DNA from: Comamonadaceae bacterium
GTDB lineage: Bacteria; Pseudomonadota; Gammaproteobacteria; Burkholderiales; Burkholderiaceae_C
DNA: 61,420 nt
NCBI GenBank assembly: GCA_947448325.1
Contig: CANFMK010000001.1
Coordinates: 1-61,420 of the forward strand
Reading direction: 5' to 3'
Shown here one piece after another: positions 56,290 to 61,420 of this stretch (the first letter of the stretch is position 1; every line of letters starts with the position of its first letter). The notes below the pieces were generated by a model. The model searched no databases and had not been told where the DNA came from. It saw only the letters and a program-made list of their open reading frames with translations. The position numbers and the translations under genes were made by a program.

Positions 56290-57264
56290 TCAAAAACTTC
56301 GGTCTAAGGGGGGGAGTTCCTCCGACAGCAAGGCCAGGCCTTGTTGTAACAAGCGATCATAGCGGTGCCGCTCAGCCTGCCGTTGAGCTGGACTCCAGTC
56401 GAAAAATCCCGCACCGGTTTTCATGCCTAAGCGGCCGTCGGCCACGTGCTGGCGCAACACCTGGGCGGGTACTGCGGTGGTGGAAAGGCTGGGGTACATG
56501 GTGGCTGCGGCTGCGGTATGGACATCCAAACCCGCATGGTCACGCTGCAACACGGGGCCAGCGGCCAAAAAGCGAAAACCAAAACCAAAGCGCACTGCCG
56601 CGTCCACATCTTCGGGGGTGGCCACGCCTTCGTCGATCATGGCAAAGGCTTCACGCGCCAAAGCATGTTGCAAGCGGTTGGCCAAAAAGCCCGGTTTGTC
56701 TTTGCGCACCAGCACCGGCACGCTGCCACAGCCGCGCATGAAGTCGCACAATGATTGGGCACAGGCGTTATCGGTGTTCGGCCCCAGTACCACTTCGACC
56801 AAGGGCACCAAATGCGCCGGCATGAAGAAATGCAGACCCAGCATCCGTTCGGCTGTGGGCAAGCCCTGGGCAATGGCGCTGATCGGAAAGCTGGAACTGT
56901 TGCTGGTCAGCACCGTGTGCGCGGGCACCCACTGAAGCAGTTCGGCAAACAAAGCTTGCTTGAGCGGCAATATTTCGGGAATGCACTCGATCACCAAGCG
57001 CACATCAGACCAGTCCACCTCGGCCAATTGCGCCACCGAGCGCAGGCCAGTGGCTCGCGCCGCCAAGCCCAAATCCGTCAGACCGGTTAAGACATGGGCG
57101 GCCAGTGCCTCCCGCTTGTCGGCTTGGGGATCGGTGACCGTCACGCGGCATCCTGCACGGGCTAGGACAATCGCCACGTCAGCGCCCATGGTCCCCGCAC
57201 CAATCACCACTGCATGGCAGTCACGGGGTTGGGAAGGCAAGATCGTCGAAAAGTGTGAATTCAT
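56290..57264 (-). CDS. 3-hydroxyacyl-CoA dehydrogenase family protein
   Basis: 'VIGAGTMG', 'IECIPE', 'SNSSS', 'HFFMP', 'PGFLANRL', 'GRLGMKTG.GF'. Confidence 0.92.
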   Translation of the reverse strand: MNSHFSTILPSQPRDCHAVVIGAGTMGADVAIVLARAGCRVTVTDPQADKREALAAHVLTGLTDLGLAARATGLRSVAQLAEVDWSDVRLVIECIPEILPLKQALFAELLQWVPAHTVLTSNSSSFPISAIAQGLPTAERMLGLHFFMPAHLVPLVEVVLGPNTDNACAQSLCDFMRGCGSVPVLVRKDKPGFLANRLQHALAREAFAMIDEGVATPEDVDAAVRFGFGFRFLAAGPVLQRDHAGLDVHTAAAATMYPSLSTTAVPAQVLRQHVADGRLGMKTGAGFFDWSPAQRQAERHRYDRLLQQGLALLSEELPPLDRSF

Positions 57265-57305
57265 GGTTCAGATTAAATTGGGGAGCAAACAAAGTTTGGG
57301 GGTGA

Positions 57306-57656
57306 TCAGTCAAAAGCAGAGGCATCTGCATCGGGGCGGCGTTCTTCCAGACTCATCAGGGCGGGCCAGTTGAGCAGTTCAGCCAGGCGGTGCACCACCC
57401 ACACCGATTCCGGTTCGGAGACCACAGAGCCCTCAACCTGTAAGCCGCGCAGGCATTGAGTCAGAACGTCCTGCTCCGTCACGCCCAAGCTGAACAGCAT
57501 GTTTTGCGCGGTCTCGGTCAGCATATGGGCCATGTCTTCACACAACTCATAGCGGGCAGAAACTTCGGCGTGTCCGGCCGTGGGTTTGTACCGACCTGGC
57601 TGTAAAAAAAGTGCCATGAAGGATTCGGGGATGTAAATTTGATTGTCTTCGGACAT
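57306..57656 (-). CDS. Conserved hypothetical protein
   Basis: 'IPESF..LF', 'RYELCEDMA', 'WVV.RLAELL.W'; fits between neighbours without overlap. Confidence 0.7.
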   Translation of the reverse strand: MSEDNQIYIPESFMALFLQPGRYKPTAGHAEVSARYELCEDMAHMLTETAQNMLFSLGVTEQDVLTQCLRGLQVEGSVVSEPESVWVVHRLAELLNWPALMSLEERRPDADASAFD

Positions 57657-57721
57657 GCCCAATCATTTTAGGCCCAGGCCCTGGTGCTAAAGTTGACCCA
57701 TCCCTGTGCTGAAAGGTCCCC

Positions 57722-58213
57722 ATGTCCCAAGACTCTGCGAACAAGCCCACCTTCACCGATTGGAAGCACGATGGCGTGCGCGTGGTGCCCGGCAATCAAC
57801 TGGATGGCAATGTGCCGTCCACCCCCGGCATGGACCGCAAAGCCGCGATCAACTTTGCCCGCGTGGGTGCGCAAAAACTGTGGGCGGGAACGGTACACAT
57901 CCACCCCAACGCCAAAACCGGCGCGCACCACCACGGCCCTTTGGAGAGCGTGATATACGTGGTCAAGGGCCGCGCGCGCATGCGCTGGGGCGATGCCCTT
58001 GAATTCACTGCGGAAGCGGGCCCGGGCGATTTTATTTATGTGCCGCCCTATGTACCGCACCAAGAAATCAACGCCAGCGCAGAAGAAACTTTGGAGTGCG
58101 TGCTGTGCCGCAGTGACGGTCAGGCCGTGGCCGTGAACATGGACATTGAGCCTGTCGAAAAACCCGAAACCGTGTTGTGGATCGACCCGACGCATCCGCA
58201 AGGTGGGGTTTGA
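57722..58213 (+). CDS. Cupin domain protein
   Basis: 'HHHGPLES..YVVKG' and 'GDFIYVPPYVPHQE.N' cupin motifs. Confidence 0.9.
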   Translation: MSQDSANKPTFTDWKHDGVRVVPGNQLDGNVPSTPGMDRKAAINFARVGAQKLWAGTVHIHPNAKTGAHHHGPLESVIYVVKGRARMRWGDALEFTAEAGPGDFIYVPPYVPHQEINASAEETLECVLCRSDGQAVAVNMDIEPVEKPETVLWIDPTHPQGGV

Positions 58214-58342
58214 CTGAGCTTTCAAGCCGACCAAACAGTCGTATGCATGTAGGGTAACGATCTATAGACGGCGCAGCCTCATCGATTCATATTGGGCGAA
58301 TCCCTATTCGTCTACAGCCATGATTCGCACTGCAGGAAAGCC

Positions 58343-59560
58343 ATGACACACCGCACATTCAGTTGGATCCCTTGTTTCAGCCTGGCACTCACTCTGATGG
58401 TAGGCAGCAATGCCATGGGCCAGAAAAAATACGACCCCGGCGCCAGCGACACTGAAATTCGCATCGGTCAAACCCTGCCCTATTCCGGCCCGGTCTCCAT
58501 GCTGGGCAATGTGGGCAAGGTGTCTACCGCCTACCTCGAAATGGTGAACGCACAAGGCGGCGTCAATGGAAGAAAAATTAAGCTGTTGTCGCTAGACGAT
58601 GGCTACAGCCCGGTCAAGACCATGGAGCAAACCCGCAAACTGGTGGAAAGCGATGAAGTGCTTTTCCTGTTCAGTTCGGTCGGCACGGCCACCAACCAGG
58701 TGGTGCACAAATATTTGAATCAGAAAAAAATCCCGCAATTGCTGATTCTGTCGGGTGCCAACAAATGGAACGACCCCGCCAATTACCCCTGGACCCTGAG
58801 CGGCATGTTTTCTTATGACGCCAAAGCACGGGTTTACGTCAAACACATGCTGGCGCATGTCAAAGACCCCAAGATTGCCGTGCTCAGTCAAAACGATGAG
58901 TTTGGTCGCGACTTCTTAAAGGGCTTGCGTTCAGCCCTGGGCGACAAAGCTGCCAGCATGATCGTGGCGCAAGCCAGTTATGAGTCCACCGATCCCACCG
59001 TCGACTCCCAAATGATCGCGCTCAAGGCCTCGGGCGCCAATGTGTTGATGAGCTTTTCTAATGGCAAGTTCACCAGCCAATCGATCCGCAAAGCCGCTGA
59101 AATGGGCTGGAAACCCCAGCTCTACATTCCTTTGGGTGCCTCCTCAATTGCCTCCATCTTGCAACCCGCTGGTTTGGACAATGCCATGGGTGCGGTCACG
59201 ATCGCCAACCAGAAAAACCCGCTGGATCCCCAATGGCGCGATGACGCTGGCATGAAAGAGTACAAAGAATTCATGAAGCGTTGGGCGCCCTCGCTGGACC
59301 CCAATGAATCCTTGAACCTGTCCGGCGTGACGCTGACCCGCCTGATGGTCGATGTACTGCGCAAATGCGGCGACGATTTGACCCGCGAGAACGTGCTCAA
59401 ACAAATGCTCAGCCTGAAAGACTACAGCAGCAACCTGATGCTGCCAGGCGTGTCCATAACCACTGGCGCGCAAGATTACGAGTTGTACAGCTCGACCCGA
59501 CTACAACGCTTCAATGGCCAGTCTTGGGTCCCTTTTGGCGACGCCTTCAGCCTGCGATAA
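58343..59560 (+). CDS. ABC transporter substrate-binding protein (branched-chain family), orphan
   Basis: 'KYDPGASDTEIRIGQT.PYSGP', 'NAQGGVNGRKI', 'DDGYSP'. Confidence 0.9.
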   Translation: MTHRTFSWIPCFSLALTLMVGSNAMGQKKYDPGASDTEIRIGQTLPYSGPVSMLGNVGKVSTAYLEMVNAQGGVNGRKIKLLSLDDGYSPVKTMEQTRKLVESDEVLFLFSSVGTATNQVVHKYLNQKKIPQLLILSGANKWNDPANYPWTLSGMFSYDAKARVYVKHMLAHVKDPKIAVLSQNDEFGRDFLKGLRSALGDKAASMIVAQASYESTDPTVDSQMIALKASGANVLMSFSNGKFTSQSIRKAAEMGWKPQLYIPLGASSIASILQPAGLDNAMGAVTIANQKNPLDPQWRDDAGMKEYKEFMKRWAPSLDPNESLNLSGVTLTRLMVDVLRKCGDDLTRENVLKQMLSLKDYSSNLMLPGVSITTGAQDYELYSSTRLQRFNGQSWVPFGDAFSLR

Positions 59561-59571
59561 ACCTACACCCT

Positions 59572-60765
59572 ATGCAAACTCCTTTTTTACCTCTTCAAGA
59601 CATCCGTATCGTTGATCTGAGCACCGTGTATTCAGGCCCCTTGGCTGCTGCCATGCTGGCCGACCAAGGCGCTCAGGTGATCAAAGTTGAATCCCTGGAG
59701 GGCGACACCAGCCGCATGATCGGCCCGGCCAAAGGCGATCTGTCTGCCACCTACATCGCGGCCAATCGCGGTAAACGCTCATTGGCAATGGACTTAAAGC
59801 AAAGCGCAGCCAAAAGCATCTTGCTGAAATTGATCGCTCAGGCAGATGTGCTCATCAATAACTTTCGGCCAGGGGTCATGGCACGCTTGGGCTTAGATGA
59901 CGAGGTCTTGCAGCAGACCAACCCGCGTTTGATCCGCTTGTCCATCACCGGATTTGGCAGTCAAGGCGAGGCCGCACAAGAAAAAGTCTACGATGCGGTG
60001 ATCCAAGCCGTCGCCGGGGTGGCGGCCACCCAAAGAAACCCGATCAACGGCCAACCCACGGTGCTGGCCACCGCCATGTGTGACAAATTAACCGCTTTGC
60101 AGGCGTCGCAAGTCGTGGCAGCGGCCTTGTATGCACGAGAGAAAGACGGTGTAGGTCGGCGCATCGACCTGTCCATGCTCGACGCCACCTTGGCCTTCCA
60201 ATGGCCTGATGCCATGTACAACCATGTGTTCTTGGACGATGCGCCCGCTGTATTTCCAGAGTTCGGCATCAACCAAAAACCCTGGGTGACCCAAGATGGA
60301 TTGGTGGCCACCATGAGCCCGCAACAGGCCGAATTTCAAGGTCAGTGTCTGGCCCTGGACCGGCCTGACATCGCTGCAGATCCCCGCTTTGCCACCTTGC
60401 CGCTGCGCAACCACAACGGCAAAGCCCTGCGGGCCTTGTTAGAACCTTTGATGGCCTCCTTCAGCACCGATGATGTGCTGGAACGCTTCCACAAACACAA
60501 TGTGCCTGTGGGCCGCATCAATGAACGCCCCGAGGTGTTGACAGACCCGCATGTGGTGCAAGGCCAGTCGTTGGTGGAAATTGCACATGGCGACATAGGC
60601 CGTGTCCGCTTGCCGCAGCATGCTGCTTATTTTGACGGTCAGCGCCTGCCGCCGCCCCAACCGGCTGCGCATTTGGGTGAGCACAGCCGCGACATTTTGC
60701 TGGAGTTGGGTTACAACGACAGCCAAATCCAAGACCTGATCGATCAACAGACCATCAAGGTCTGA
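59572..60765 (+). CDS. CaiB/BaiF family III CoA transferase
   Basis: 'PLQDIRIVDLS', 'LADQGAQVIKVE', 'NRGKRS', 'NFRPGV', 'LGEHS'. Confidence 0.92.
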   Translation: MQTPFLPLQDIRIVDLSTVYSGPLAAAMLADQGAQVIKVESLEGDTSRMIGPAKGDLSATYIAANRGKRSLAMDLKQSAAKSILLKLIAQADVLINNFRPGVMARLGLDDEVLQQTNPRLIRLSITGFGSQGEAAQEKVYDAVIQAVAGVAATQRNPINGQPTVLATAMCDKLTALQASQVVAAALYAREKDGVGRRIDLSMLDATLAFQWPDAMYNHVFLDDAPAVFPEFGINQKPWVTQDGLVATMSPQQAEFQGQCLALDRPDIAADPRFATLPLRNHNGKALRALLEPLMASFSTDDVLERFHKHNVPVGRINERPEVLTDPHVVQGQSLVEIAHGDIGRVRLPQHAAYFDGQRLPPPQPAAHLGEHSRDILLELGYNDSQIQDLIDQQTIKV

Positions 60766-60789
60766 GCGCCGCAGCGCACAGCCGCGTGC

Positions 60790-61419
60790 TCAGGCCTTCA
60801 AGGGCACGGCAAAACCACGCACAACACCTGGTCGCGCCATCAAGTCCTGGTACCAGCGCTGCACGTTCGGGAAGTCCTTCAAGTCGACCTGATGGCGCGG
60901 GTGACGCCACACCCAGCCGAGCAAGGCAAAGTCGGCAATCGACAGTTCGCCGGCGAAGTAGGTGTGTTGGGCGAGTCGGCGATCCATCACGCCATACAGA
61001 CGCCGCGTCTCGGCCATGAAACGCGCCAGGCCATAGCGCTTGTCTTCTTCGCTGGCCAAAGCAATGAAGTGATGCACCTGCCCTGGCATGGGCCCAAAGC
61101 TGCTCATTTGAAACATCAACCACTCCATCACAGCGGTTCGACCGCGCGCATCGGTGGGCATGAACAGACCCGTCTTTTCGGCCAGATAAATCAAGATGGC
61201 CCCGGATTCGAACACGCTGATCGGCTGACCGTCAGGGCCGTCCGAGTCGATGATGGCGGGGATCTTGTTGTTCGGACTGATGCGCAAAAATTCAGGCGCC
61301 ATCTGTTGGCCGGCCGTGATGTCGATCACTTCGACCGAGTAAGGAAGGCCCATCTCCTCCAAGGCGACACTGATTTTTCGCCCATTGGGCGTGTCAAAAG
61401 CAAACAGCTGAATGGTCAT
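60790..61419 (-). CDS. Glutathione S-transferase, YfcG/Nu-class-like
   Basis: 'TPNGRKI', 'SPNNKIPAI', 'FESGAILIYLAEK', 'SIAD'. Confidence 0.92.
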   Translation of the reverse strand: MTIQLFAFDTPNGRKISVALEEMGLPYSVEVIDITAGQQMAPEFLRISPNNKIPAIIDSDGPDGQPISVFESGAILIYLAEKTGLFMPTDARGRTAVMEWLMFQMSSFGPMPGQVHHFIALASEEDKRYGLARFMAETRRLYGVMDRRLAQHTYFAGELSIADFALLGWVWRHPRHQVDLKDFPNVQRWYQDLMARPGVVRGFAVPLKA

Positions 61420-61420
61420 G

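Noticed and set aside
55215-56741. 508-aa plus-strand ORF
   Set aside because: Antisense to the Bug and dehydrogenase genes; no motifs.

Overview
61.4-kb chromosomal window from a betaproteobacterium. Gene content and order suggest Comamonadaceae, possibly Limnohabitans-like (inferred, not database-checked). The left part (about 60% GC by eye) holds a Liv-type ABC transporter, pobR/pobA, CoA-dependent enzymes, an OsmC-YcaO fusion, hrpA, a VapBC-type toxin-antitoxin pair, argA, dsbB, fpr, yggX, a stand-alone MnmC oxidase domain, a sulfate assimilation operon, ferredoxin/FNR and a TPP-riboswitch-controlled TonB receptor, followed by tRNA-Asn. Directly after the tRNA lies a lower-GC block of about 17 kb with two parts. 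(i) A 14-gene GntR-led catabolic operon: ABC and Bug uptake, LeuCD-like hydratase, hydantoinase/oxoprolinase B and A, a Cys-less isochorismatase-fold protein, a flavoprotein and an ICL/PEP-mutase-family lyase. (ii) An orphan cassette of a divergent minimal flagellin, FliS and a 72-aa protein, whose divergent intergenic region holds a strictly 9-bp-periodic GCAAA array bracketed by inverted repeats. hrpA carries two different palindromic repeat elements inserted in frame. No CRISPR array, integrase or transposase was seen. Product calls come from recognising motifs in the translations; no searches were run.
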